Assembly (NCBI GenBank): GCA_051306365.1 | Contig: JBPPNC010000105.1 | Span: 27,340 to 91,339 of the forward strand | From: Solirubrobacteraceae bacterium | GTDB lineage: Bacteria; Actinomycetota; Thermoleophilia; Solirubrobacterales; Solirubrobacteraceae | DNA length: 64,000 bases | Reading direction: 5' to 3' | Shown: positions 20,401 to 28,470 of the stretch, in pieces | Layout: the number at the start of each line of letters is the position of its first letter | How positions within the stretch are numbered: position 1 is the first letter of the stretch | Translations under genes and position numbers: made by a program | Notes under the pieces: model-generated | Databases searched by the model: none | The model's input: the letters and a program-made list of their open reading frames with translations, nothing else | Told to the model about the DNA's origin: nothing

Positions 20401-21007
20401 GCGTGCCGAGGGCGACCGGGTGCTCGACGCCGGCTCGGTGCTCAACCACGCCCACGTCCTCGACGCGTTCCTGCCGCGCATCGGCGCGCTGACCATCGCC
20501 ACGCTCATCACCGAGGACGTGACCTTCGAGGACCGTGGCGTGCGCTACGTTAGCGCCGACCTGCGCACCCTGCCCTTCGACGACGATGCGTTCGACCTCG
20601 TCGTGTGCGGATCGACGCTCGAGCACGTCGGCATGGACAACGCGATCTACGGGGCGACCGAGCCGCGCGCCGACGACCCGGCCGCCGAGCAGCGCCGCGC
20701 GCTCGACGAGCTCCTCCGGGTGGCCGCACCCGGCGCACGCGTGCTCCTCACCGTTCCGTACGGCCGGGCCGAGGACCACGGCTGGCTGCGCCAGTTCGAC
20801 GCGGCGGGTCTCGCCGAACTGCTCGACGGGCTGCGCGCCGAGGCGACGTACTACGGCTACCGCGCCGGTGGCTGGCAGCGCGTCGCCGCGACCGCACTCA
20901 CCGACGCCGGGTACCGCAACGTGCACGCCGACGACACGCCCGCCGACGACTTCGCGGCTGCCGCGCGCGGTGTGGCCTGTGTCGTCATCCACGCGCCGGA
21001 GGGCTGA
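17438..21007 (+). CDS. 1189-aa fusion: unknown N-terminal domain + GT4 glycosyltransferase + coiled-coil + class I SAM methyltransferase
   Basis: The middle region (about nt 18695-19800) is paralogous to the preceding GT4 (EGFGLSPAEAMLLGTPVIATNYGG). A coiled-coil-like Ala/Arg/Leu segment follows. The C-terminus has VLDAGS...FDLVVCGSTLEHVG methyltransferase motifs. Confidence 0.8.
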   Translation: MSAPSQPPLTVITVALGPELPFARVLAESVREHHPEARMMVVCADGPAVEGFPAGVEVLGAADLGRVAPSADAALLAPERAGLAVLLPALERALAGPGIVVVLAPDTVLFGRVDDLLGGAAPISVLGRDVPAPPDDGLHPSVTDLEHVEPTDLGFLIFRAGDVTRELVAGWRRRLDASPWTLPEGGATSELLDELDDEVLAVLNMPPSVVAWWTLSTRGLGRDADGHLTADGARVAVLRLPEFDVALSTRLHPLLSRVRVTADPVFRELLEDVTGRLRASGAGGGRLAQIRMPDGRPLPPAMAGLMAEALATGMLEAPPSEPAGWERFYAFLNAPADWGRDLGMTRYLDALWQSRDDLRDVYPDVRGGDGAGYVGWVWVHGRDLVPDELLPPRPPHIPEDARSAGRWDHGDSPQTTDPLWGVNVAGFFRSELGLGEAARLLIAGLDAARVPALPVQGSFVPPCRQGAEFTFATPDEAPYPLNILCLNGDAIPAFARETGDAFFAGRRTIALWWWEVGELPSSWQESFRWVDEVWVATDHIRDLIAPDCPVPVTKITLPVGEPPVANVTRSHVGLPEDEFVFLYVYDYHSTEARKNPTGLIRAFKDAFPPGSGAHLVLKCINADTMFAHHDRVLLEIGDHPDISFVDKYLSVGEKNALIALSDCYVSPHRSEGFGLSPAEAMLLGTPVIATNYGGVLEFLNEDNAYLVDYELVSVGEHAEPYPADAVWADPDLGQLAALMRHVFEHPEEARERAARAREEIRAGHTPVAAGHSMEPILQAHYQDLIAQGARGLKVANVAPAQLDTPGVELASVLRGLGQRGGAAEKAKWAAQRLKRPFTARRDLVSAQLLDRIRELDGRVLDLTGELERHRLAAHAEVLAQFRRTQAQFADAATHEQRRAVGASALQAKVDEHTELLDRHLSYGPTLPERFPAAGRPFSPGYGARHHAFLGEMLGREDLVRRFARLAPLPEGYGVALDERVVEFLWLLARAEGDRVLDAGSVLNHAHVLDAFLPRIGALTIATLITEDVTFEDRGVRYVSADLRTLPFDDDAFDLVVCGSTLEHVGMDNAIYGATEPRADDPAAEQRRALDELLRVAAPGARVLLTVPYGRAEDHGWLRQFDAAGLAELLDGLRAEATYYGYRAGGWQRVAATALTDAGYRNVHADDTPADDFAAAARGVACVVIHAPEG
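18695..19800 (+). repeat. internal paralogous copy of the upstream GT4 gene (16217..17407): tandem gene duplication, now fused
   Basis: Protein-level colinearity between the two copies: GVNV(V/A)G..R.E.G.GEAAR...LDAARVP.LPV, then R(H/R)TI.LWWWEV, then WVDEVW. Confidence 0.6.
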
Positions 21008-21265
21008 GTGGCCGGCTCGGACGACGCGCTGCGCTTCCGGGTCCGGCAGGTCGCCGCGCTGCGGGGGCTGCTCGCGCAGCGGACGGCGGAGCGTGACGAG
21101 GCGCGGCACCGGGCCGCCGCCGCGCTGGCCGAGCTCGAGCGGGCGACCGCCTCGCACGACGCCGCGCTGCGCGAGCGCGACGCCGCGATCGCCGAGCGCG
21201 ACGCGGCGCGGACCGAGAGCGACCCGCAGAAGAAGCGTTCGCGCTGGCTGGGAGGCGGCGCGTGA
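21008..21265 (+). CDS. 85-aa coiled-coil ORF, in the same frame as the 1189-aa protein and separated from it only by TGA
   Basis: GTG 21008 directly follows TGA 21005-21007 in the same reading frame. Sequence is heptad-like (ALRERDAAIAERDAAR). Its stop overlaps the next GT2 start (GTGA). Confidence 0.4.
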   Translation: MAGSDDALRFRVRQVAALRGLLAQRTAERDEARHRAAAALAELERATASHDAALRERDAAIAERDAARTESDPQKKRSRWLGGGA

Positions 21266-22410
21266 GCACGCCGGTCCTGTCGGTCGTGATGGCGACGTAC
21301 GGCGCGCGCGAGTGGGCCGAGCGCGCGCTCGACGCCGTCGAGCGGCACACCGATGTCCCGCACGAGGTCGTCGTCGTCGACAACGCCTCGACGGACGGCA
21401 CGCCGGACATGATCCGTGAGCGGTTCCCGTCGGTCCGGCTCGTTGAGAACGCGGAGAACACGGGGTATGGAGCGGCGAACAACCAAGCAGCGTCGCTGGC
21501 GCGTGCCCCGGTGCTCGCGCTGCTCAACAGCGACGCGATCGTCCCGCCCGGTTGGGCGTCACCGCTCATGGCAGCCCTCGAACGGCCGGACGTGGGCGCC
21601 GTGGTTCCGACCCTTGTGCACCTCGACGGGACGTTGCAGACCGCGGGCGCAGTGCTGGGCGCAGACGGGAGTGTGCTTGCGCTGGGCAGCGGCGCGGACC
21701 CCGAGGACCCGTTCTACGCCTTCGCGCGGACCTGCGACTTCGGGGCGGGGGCGTGCATGCTCGTGGGCCGCGAGGACTTCCTCGCTGTCGGTGGCTTCGA
21801 CCCCGTCTACGACCCCGCGTACTTCGAGGACGCCGACTTGTGTCTCGCGCTCGCGGCGCGCGGGGCGCGGACGCTGTTCGTCCCGCAGGTGCGTGTCGCC
21901 CACCAGCAGTTCGCCTCGTCGGACCCGGCGCGAGCCGAGGAGCTGTTCCTGCGCAGCCGCACGCCGTTCCTCGAGCGCTGGGGCGAGACGCTGGCGGTCG
22001 ACCGGCTGCCGTCCGTCCTGCCGGCGGACCCGGCGCGGACGCTCGCGGCCCGTGATGCGCTCGCTTGCGGTCGGTTGCTCGTGCTCTGCGGCACGGTCCT
22101 GCCTGAGCGGGACGGCCTGGACGGGGCGCTGCTGGCATCGCTGAGTGACCCTGGGCGCGAGCTGCGCGTCACGCTCGTCGCCGGGGAGGGGGACGCTGCA
22201 GCCTGGGCGCATCGGGGCGCCGAGGTGGTCCTAGGGGAAAACCCCGACGCCCTTCTGGTCGCCCGCGCGGGCCACTACGACGTCGTGACCGGAGCCGCAG
22301 GCCCGCACCTCGACGCACTTCGGGCGGCTCAGCCGCAGGCGATGGTCGCGGCGACCCTCGTGGAGGCTGCGCGGCTGCTTGAGACGGTCGTCGCGCCGGC
22401 CCTCGCGTAG
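21262..22410 (+). CDS. family-2 glycosyltransferase (WbbL/rhamnosyltransferase-like)
   Basis: LSVVMATYGAREW...VVVVDNASTDGT...NTGYGAANN...FEDADL motifs. Confidence 0.8.
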   Translation: MSTPVLSVVMATYGAREWAERALDAVERHTDVPHEVVVVDNASTDGTPDMIRERFPSVRLVENAENTGYGAANNQAASLARAPVLALLNSDAIVPPGWASPLMAALERPDVGAVVPTLVHLDGTLQTAGAVLGADGSVLALGSGADPEDPFYAFARTCDFGAGACMLVGREDFLAVGGFDPVYDPAYFEDADLCLALAARGARTLFVPQVRVAHQQFASSDPARAEELFLRSRTPFLERWGETLAVDRLPSVLPADPARTLAARDALACGRLLVLCGTVLPERDGLDGALLASLSDPGRELRVTLVAGEGDAAAWAHRGAEVVLGENPDALLVARAGHYDVVTGAAGPHLDALRAAQPQAMVAATLVEAARLLETVVAPALA

Positions 22411-22417
22411 GGCGCGA

Positions 22418-23998
22418 TCAGCGGCGCTGCACCTTGCGGGCAACATGCGCCAGCGGCCCGAGGATCGGGCGCAGGTGGCCGCGCAGTCGCCACCAGCCGC
22501 CCTGCTCGATCGCGGCGAGTGTGGCGTTGCGCTGATGCAGCCACGCGAGCTCGTCCTCGTCGGGCACCGGTCGTGACACGGTGGCGGCGAGCTGGCCTTC
22601 CAGCGCGTCGATGTGGGCCTGCAGCTCCGCCGCACGTGTGTTTGCGGCGTCGAGCTCACGGCGCAGATCTGCGGCGATCCGCGCTTGGCGTGCCGCTTCG
22701 AGCTGGGCTCCGAGCCGGGTGTTGACCTGCTCGTCGGAGTGCTGGCGGTACTCAAGCACCGGGTGGGCGACTCGTACCGCGCCTCGCCTTGACAGGAGCA
22801 TCCGGGTGAAGAGGTCGTGGTCCTCGGGACCGTCGCCCTGGCGGTAGCCGCCGACCGCCTCGTAGTCAACGCGGCGGTACATGGACGAGCCGTGAATGAA
22901 GTTGGACTCCGCGATGTTCGCGATGTGCTCGGGCGTCGGATCGGGGAACCGCCAGAGGTACACGTCGTCCACGGCCGTCGTCTCAGCGCCGACCTTCTCG
23001 GCCAGCTCATGCGACCGGGGGCCGAAGATCACGGCGTCGGTGTAGGCGACGGCCGCGTCGGGGTTCGCGTCCAGCGCGGCCTTCGCGCGCTCGACGAAGT
23101 CGCTGCGCATCCGGTTGTCCGCTCCGAGGAAGACGACGTAGTCGCCGCTCGTGAGCGACACCGCCTTGCGGAAGTTCTCGACGATTCCCAGGTTCTGATC
23201 GTTGAGCTCGACCGTGACCCGGTGGGAGTAGCGCGCGGCGATCTCCTGCGACCCGTCGGTGGAGCAGTCGTCGATGACCAGGATCTCCTCGACGCGCCCG
23301 GACTGTTGGAACACGGAGTCGAGCGCCTCGGGCAGGAACCGGCCGTAGTTGTAGTTCGGGACGATCACCGAAACCGTCGAGCGGCTCAGGCTCCGCTCTT
23401 CATCGACCTCGAAGCGGGCGCGTGTGTATCGGTCGTCGGGATCGCCTTGCACGACGGACACGGCCCCCTGGAACCTCGCTTCCACCGCGGCGCGCACGCG
23501 GAGGTCGTGCTCGCCATGCGGATAGGCGAACCAGCCCAGGTGCCGCCCGTCGCTGAACCGGTCGAGGATCTCCTGCGGCGGGGTGAGCTCGCGCGCGAGC
23601 CCCGCGTCGTCGAGGTCGGCGAGCTTGCCGTGCGTGCGTGTGTGCCACTGGATTCGGCCGCCGTGAGCCACGAGCGTGTCAAGCTCGTCGAGGCCGGCAA
23701 ACCAGGCCCGCGGTTCCACGTGCTGGTCGAAGGTGTTCTCACAGCCGATCCAGTCGCCGATGACGAACAGCTCAAACGGGTAGCCCCACTTCTCGAGAAT
23801 CGGGCCTGCAAACGCGACGACGTTGGCGTAGACGCCGTCGAAGGTGATGACGGCGTGGTCGGGGTTGCGCGGGTCGTAGTTGTCGAGTGTGACGACGTCG
23901 TAGCCCCGCAGGTCCGCCATCTGGCGGTCGAACGCGTCGGCGGTCACCCACCAGTGCGACGCAGGGTGCAGGTCCACCTTGTGGTAGCAGAGGATCAC
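22418..23998 (-). CDS. fusion of polysaccharide deacetylase (CE4-like) + family-2 glycosyltransferase + C-terminal coiled-coil
   Basis: GTG 23998 forms a GTGA overlap with the upstream methyltransferase stop. Contains ILCYHKVD...VITFDGVY (CE4-like), then VSVIVPNYNYGRFL...LVIDDCSTDGS (GT-A), then the heptad-like tail LEAARQARIAADLRRELDAANTRAAELQAHIDALEGQL. The ORF-track N-terminal extension to 24490 looks like an artefact. Confidence 0.8.
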   Translation of the reverse strand: MILCYHKVDLHPASHWWVTADAFDRQMADLRGYDVVTLDNYDPRNPDHAVITFDGVYANVVAFAGPILEKWGYPFELFVIGDWIGCENTFDQHVEPRAWFAGLDELDTLVAHGGRIQWHTRTHGKLADLDDAGLARELTPPQEILDRFSDGRHLGWFAYPHGEHDLRVRAAVEARFQGAVSVVQGDPDDRYTRARFEVDEERSLSRSTVSVIVPNYNYGRFLPEALDSVFQQSGRVEEILVIDDCSTDGSQEIAARYSHRVTVELNDQNLGIVENFRKAVSLTSGDYVVFLGADNRMRSDFVERAKAALDANPDAAVAYTDAVIFGPRSHELAEKVGAETTAVDDVYLWRFPDPTPEHIANIAESNFIHGSSMYRRVDYEAVGGYRQGDGPEDHDLFTRMLLSRRGAVRVAHPVLEYRQHSDEQVNTRLGAQLEAARQARIAADLRRELDAANTRAAELQAHIDALEGQLAATVSRPVPDEDELAWLHQRNATLAAIEQGGWWRLRGHLRPILGPLAHVARKVQRR

Positions 23999-24558
23999 GG
24001 GGCTTGGAAGATCTCGAGCCTGTGGAAGAACTCGCGGTACGGCTCCACGCCGATGGACAGCGTCGTCAGGGGAAGGCGGTGGGCGTTCCACTCGTCGATG
24101 TGGACCGACGCGATGATCGCGCGCGGCGAGGCCAGCCGGTGGAGGATCTCGGCGACGACCGAGAAACCGCCCCCGATGTACTGCGGATACAGAACACCGG
24201 TGATCACTATGAGGTCGAAGGTGCCGCCGAGCTCCTCGGGCCGCAGGTCGAAGAGGGAGCGCGCCTCGAATCGGAAGGTGCGACCGGGCGTAGACTTCAC
24301 TCGCTCTCGTGCGTACTCGACGGCGCGCTCGGACAGGTCGACGCCCACGATCTCGCGTCCGGGGAGCTCGACGGTCACGAAGCCGTTGCCACAGCCGATG
24401 TCGAGCGCGCGCTCGTAGTCCAGCCTGGGCAGGGCGGCGCGCAGGCGGGCGACACGCGCGCGATCGTCCGGTGTCGTGTCGTACGCCCACGGGTCCGCGA
24501 CGTCGTAGAACGCTTCGAGTTCCTCGCGGCTCTGCACACCTGTCGGGTTGACCGGCAC
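23995..24558 (-). CDS. NodS-like class I SAM-dependent methyltransferase
   Basis: FYDVADPWAY...ALDIGCGNGFVT...FDLIVITGVLY resembles the NodS family. Start is uncertain: GTG 24558 is preferred because a longer start would run into the divergent ctaA start region. Confidence 0.7.
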   Translation of the reverse strand: MPVNPTGVQSREELEAFYDVADPWAYDTTPDDRARVARLRAALPRLDYERALDIGCGNGFVTVELPGREIVGVDLSERAVEYARERVKSTPGRTFRFEARSLFDLRPEELGGTFDLIVITGVLYPQYIGGGFSVVAEILHRLASPRAIIASVHIDEWNAHRLPLTTLSIGVEPYREFFHRLEIFQAP

Positions 24559-24634
24559 GGTTGGGAGCCTAGCGACGGCGGGTGGCCTGTCGGCGCGCGG
24601 GCGTGCGCCTCGGCCTCTACCCTGTCTGGTCGGC

Positions 24635-25588
24635 ATGCGCCTCCCCGAGATCTCCCCGCGCACCTACGCCATCGTCGCCACCGCCGCGACGGTCAGCCTC
24701 GCCCTCATCGTCCTGACGGGCGCCGGCGTCCGCCTTACGGGCTCGGGCCTTGGGTGCACGAACTGGCCCACCTGCGACGGCGACGTGGTCGCGCCGGCCA
24801 CGGTCCATTCGTGGATCGAGTACGGCAACCGGCTGATCAGCGGGCTCGTCGGCCTGCTGGCGATCGCCGCCGGCCTCCTCGCCTTCCGGCGCCGCCCGTA
24901 TCGCCGCGACCTCGCGATCCTCGGCACGCTGCTGCCGATCGGCGTCGTCATGCAGGCTGTGCTCGGGATGTGGACGGTGAAGTACCACCTCCAGCCCGGC
25001 TTTGTCATGGGGCACTTCCTGCTTTCGATGGTGATCCTCATCGCCGCCGTGATGCTCGTCTGGTGCGCGTGGCACGAGCCGGGAAGTCGTCCCCGCAACC
25101 CCGACATGCTCGCCGTCTGGGGCACACGGGCGCTGTTCCCGATCTCGAGCCTCCTCTTCTTCATGGGCACCGTCGCCACCGCGGCCGGTCCCCATCCCGG
25201 CAGCGCCCGGACCGGCGAGGTCGTCCACCGGCTGGACTGGCGCGGCAGCGACACCGTCGAATGGGCGATCCACACGCACGGCCGGCTCGGCACGGCACTT
25301 GGCGTGTCGTGCGTGATCCTCTGGCTCCTGCTGCGCCGCCGCGGCGCCGACAAGCAGCTGCTCAACGCCCTCGCGGCCACCGCCGTGCTCATCGGCATCC
25401 AGGGCGTCGTGGGCGCGATCCAGTACTTCAACGGCCTGCCCGCGGGTGTCGTGTGGATCCACATCGTGGTCGCCACTGCGGCGTGGATGACGATGATGTG
25501 GGCGGTCTGCGCCGCCGGGCGGGCGGTGCCGAAGGCCGAGCGGGTGAAGGAGCCGACCCGGCCGAAGGTCGAAGCGTCAGCCGCCTAG
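24635..25588 (+). CDS. ctaA: heme A synthase (COX15/CtaA family)
   Basis: Polytopic protein with GSGLGCTNWPTC near the N-terminus and conserved His-containing helices. Start taken at ATG 24635. Confidence 0.8.
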   Translation: MRLPEISPRTYAIVATAATVSLALIVLTGAGVRLTGSGLGCTNWPTCDGDVVAPATVHSWIEYGNRLISGLVGLLAIAAGLLAFRRRPYRRDLAILGTLLPIGVVMQAVLGMWTVKYHLQPGFVMGHFLLSMVILIAAVMLVWCAWHEPGSRPRNPDMLAVWGTRALFPISSLLFFMGTVATAAGPHPGSARTGEVVHRLDWRGSDTVEWAIHTHGRLGTALGVSCVILWLLLRRRGADKQLLNALAATAVLIGIQGVVGAIQYFNGLPAGVVWIHIVVATAAWMTMMWAVCAAGRAVPKAERVKEPTRPKVEASAA

Positions 25589-25854
25589 GCGCGACAGCGC
25601 TTCCAGCATCAGCGCGGTCCCGGCCGTCACACCGCACAGGCGCCACATCAGGGGGGACCGCCGGCGGCTGTGGGGGTGGGGGATACGGCTTCCCCGCCGG
25701 CGAAGGTCGCGGCGTGAAAGGGCGCTCGCGTAGATGTGGGTAGGCGGCGGCATGACGACCGGGTGGACCGTGGTGCACGCTCCCGTCGGAGCACCGCTGA
25801 CCAGATCAGGTCCGTCGGACGACTGTCAACCGTGTGGCCAGAAAGAAGCCGCAA

Positions 25855-26895
25855 TCACGGAGATCCTGTGGGGGCGAACACGTTCAGCGGGCCGTCGATC
25901 GCGACGTGCACACGGTCGCCTTCGTGCCACACCGGGTGGGAGAGCGACCGTGAGCGGATCCGCCGGCCCGACGGCAGTTCGACGTGCACGAGCTGGTCGT
26001 GGCCGAAGTACTCGCGCTGCACGACGCGCCCCTCGACCCGCCGGCCCGACCCGCGCGAGCCGAGCGACAGCGAGACCGCCTCGGGGCGGACGAGCACATC
26101 GGCAGCGCCCCGGAAGCCGGGGTCGACCGGCAGCCGTCCGAGCTCGAAGTCGACATGGCCGTCCAACGCCTCGCCGGGCAGGACGTCCGCTTCGCCCAGG
26201 AACGTCGCGACCCAGCGGGTCGCGGGCCGGCCGTAGACCTCCTCGGGCGTGCCTATCTGCTCCACCCGTCCGGCGTGCATGACGGCCACGGTGTCGGCGA
26301 GCGAGAGCGCCTCCTCCTGGTCGTGCGTGACGAACAGCGCGGTGACCCCGGCACGCTCGAGGATCGACCGGACTTCACCGCGCACCGACGCGCGCAGCGC
26401 CGCGTCCAGGCCGCTGAACGGCTCGTCGAGGAGCACGAGCGCCGGGGTCGCTGCGATTGCCCGCGCCAGCGCCACCCGCTGCTGCTGCCCGCCCGAGAGC
26501 GCATGCGGATGGCGGTCTCCCAGCCCGGTGAGACCCACGAGCTCGAGCAGCTCGTCCACCCGCGCCCCGCGTTCGCCCCGGCCCAGCCCGAACCCCACGT
26601 TCTCCGCCACGCTGAGGTGCGGGAACAGCGCGTAGTCCTGGAAGACCATCCCGATGCCGCGCTTCTCCGGTGCCAGCATCGCCCCGTCCCCGGCGACGAG
26701 CCGGTCGCCCACCCGGATCGTGCCCGCGTCGGGCGTCTCGAACCCGGCGAGCAGGCGGAGCATCGTCGTCTTGCCGCAGCCCGACGGGCCGAGCAGCGCG
26801 CAGATCTCGCCCTCGGGGACCTCGAGGTCCACGCCGTCGACCGCCCGGGCGGCGCCGAACGCCTTGTGCAGGCCGGTGATCGAGATCGCGCTCAT
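25855..26895 (-). CDS. ABC transporter ATP-binding protein (FbpC/PotA-like)
   Basis: Walker A GPSGCGKTT, signature LSGGQQQRV, Walker B LLLDEP, and a C-terminal TOBE-like domain. Confidence 0.9.
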   Translation of the reverse strand: MSAISITGLHKAFGAARAVDGVDLEVPEGEICALLGPSGCGKTTMLRLLAGFETPDAGTIRVGDRLVAGDGAMLAPEKRGIGMVFQDYALFPHLSVAENVGFGLGRGERGARVDELLELVGLTGLGDRHPHALSGGQQQRVALARAIAATPALVLLDEPFSGLDAALRASVRGEVRSILERAGVTALFVTHDQEEALSLADTVAVMHAGRVEQIGTPEEVYGRPATRWVATFLGEADVLPGEALDGHVDFELGRLPVDPGFRGAADVLVRPEAVSLSLGSRGSGRRVEGRVVQREYFGHDQLVHVELPSGRRIRSRSLSHPVWHEGDRVHVAIDGPLNVFAPTGSP

Positions 26896-28466
26896 GTGTC
26901 AGAACGCTCGCGCAGGACGAGGATCGCCATGGGCACCGCCGAGACGGCGAGCAGCAGCAGGGACGGGGCCGCGCCGCGCTCGTAGAAGCCGACGCTCGTG
27001 GTGCGCCAGACGTCGATCGCGAGCGTGTCGAAGCCTATCGGCGCGAGGATGAGCGTCGCCGGGAGTTCCTTCACCGCCGTGAGGAAGACGAGCGCTGCAC
27101 CCGCGGCTGCACCGCCGCGCAGCAGCGGTGCGGTGACCGAGACGAACGCGCGCGTCGGCGAGCGCCCGAGCGACCGCGCGGCCTCTTCCAGGCGCGGGTC
27201 GACCTGCAGCACGGCGGTGCGCACCGCGCCGATGGCCTGCGGCAGGAAGAGGATCACGAGCGCCACCACGAGCATGAAGAGCGTCTGGTAGAGCCCGATC
27301 ACCGCGCGGGTCGCGAAGAACACGAGCGCCAGCGCCACGACGATCCCCGGCAGCGCATGCCCGAGGTACGCGCCGCCTTCGATGAGCCGCGGCCAGCGGC
27401 CCCGGTACCGCGCGGCCAGCAGCGCGACCGGCAGCGCGCACAGCACCGCGACCCCGGCGGCCAACCCCGCCGCCAGCAGCGAGTGCCCGGCCGACGTGAA
27501 CACCGCGCCCCACTCGACGGTGCCCGAGATCGAGCGCGTCGTCCACAGCGCGAGCATCCCGACGGGCAGCGCCAGCGCCAGCCCGACGACGCCCGCGCAG
27601 AACGCCACTGCCGGCCAGCGCCAGCGCCCGAGCGCGACGGGCCGCGGCGGCCGCGCCGTCCCCGGGGCGCTGCGGTGCAGCGCGCCCGAGCGCCGCGAGC
27701 GCGCTTCCAGCCACAGGATCACGAGCGTCACGAGCACCAGCAGCGTGGCCAGTGACGCCGCGCCCACCCGGTCGAACGACGAGCGGTACTGGGTGTAGAT
27801 CACGCGCGTGAACGAGTCGAAGCGCATGATCGACACCGCGCCGAAGTCGCTCAGGACGTAGAGCGAGACGAGCAGCGCGCCCGCGCCGACCGCGGGCAGG
27901 AGCTGGGGGAGCACGACGCCGCGGTACGCCGCCCACCCCGAGCGGCCCATCCCGCGCGCGGCCTCCTCCAGCGACGGGTCCATCCGCCGCAGCACCGCCT
28001 GCAGCGGCAGCAGCACATACGGGAAGCAGAACAGCGTGAGCGCCAGCCACGCGCCCCAGAACCCGTACAGGGACGGCAGCCGGTCGATCCCCAGCGGGCC
28101 CTCCAGGACGCCCTGCAGCTCGCCGCGCGGGCCGAGCGCGCTTACCAGCAGGTACGCCCCGATGTAGCTCGGGATCACCAGCGGCAGCGCGCACAGCACC
28201 GACCACACGCCGCGGCCCGGCAGGTCGGTGCGGACCGTCAGCCAGCTGATCGGCAGCGAGATCGCGACCGTCGCCGCGGTCACCGCCACGGCCAGGCCGA
28301 CGCTGCGCAGCATCAGCTCCAGCGCGCGCGCCGACCACACCGTCTCCCACCACTGCGGCAGGTCGCCGAGGACGACCCACGCGAGGTACGCGACGGGCAG
28401 GACCGCGCCGGCCGCCACGAGCCCCGCCGTGGCGAGCAGCGCCGGGGGTGCGGCGCGACGGGTCAT
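26892..28466 (-). CDS. iron(III)-type ABC transporter permease (duplicated FbpB-like)
   Basis: 524 aa with two permease halves, each carrying an EEAA..LG (EAA-loop) motif. 4-nt overlap with the ATPase gene. Confidence 0.9.
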   Translation of the reverse strand: MTRRAAPPALLATAGLVAAGAVLPVAYLAWVVLGDLPQWWETVWSARALELMLRSVGLAVAVTAATVAISLPISWLTVRTDLPGRGVWSVLCALPLVIPSYIGAYLLVSALGPRGELQGVLEGPLGIDRLPSLYGFWGAWLALTLFCFPYVLLPLQAVLRRMDPSLEEAARGMGRSGWAAYRGVVLPQLLPAVGAGALLVSLYVLSDFGAVSIMRFDSFTRVIYTQYRSSFDRVGAASLATLLVLVTLVILWLEARSRRSGALHRSAPGTARPPRPVALGRWRWPAVAFCAGVVGLALALPVGMLALWTTRSISGTVEWGAVFTSAGHSLLAAGLAAGVAVLCALPVALLAARYRGRWPRLIEGGAYLGHALPGIVVALALVFFATRAVIGLYQTLFMLVVALVILFLPQAIGAVRTAVLQVDPRLEEAARSLGRSPTRAFVSVTAPLLRGGAAAGAALVFLTAVKELPATLILAPIGFDTLAIDVWRTTSVGFYERGAAPSLLLLAVSAVPMAILVLRERSDT

Positions 28467-28470
28467 CCGG

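Noticed and set aside
16151-21157. 1668-aa ORF on the minus strand. Similar very long antisense or out-of-frame ORFs occur at 11776-14238, 39802-42363, 3607-5667, 34765-36756 and 44333-46384.
   Set aside because: Their translations are Arg/Gly/Pro/Ala-rich with no recognisable motifs. They lie exactly opposite or overlapping genes with clear domain signatures. These are typical shadow ORFs of GC-rich DNA.
1-24600. The glycan locus considered as a horizontally acquired genomic island.
   Set aside because: No tRNA, integrase, transposase or flanking direct repeats are present, and I saw no obvious compositional break by eye. Island status cannot be supported from this window.
25589-25854. 266-bp convergent spacer after ctaA, containing a 23-codon minus-strand ORF (MWRLCGVTAGTALMLEALSRLGG) and a small GGGGA...TCCCC hairpin.
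   Set aside because: The ORF is too short, lacks a ribosome-binding site and overlaps the ctaA stop. The hairpin has only 5 bp. There is no evidence for a gene or RNA.
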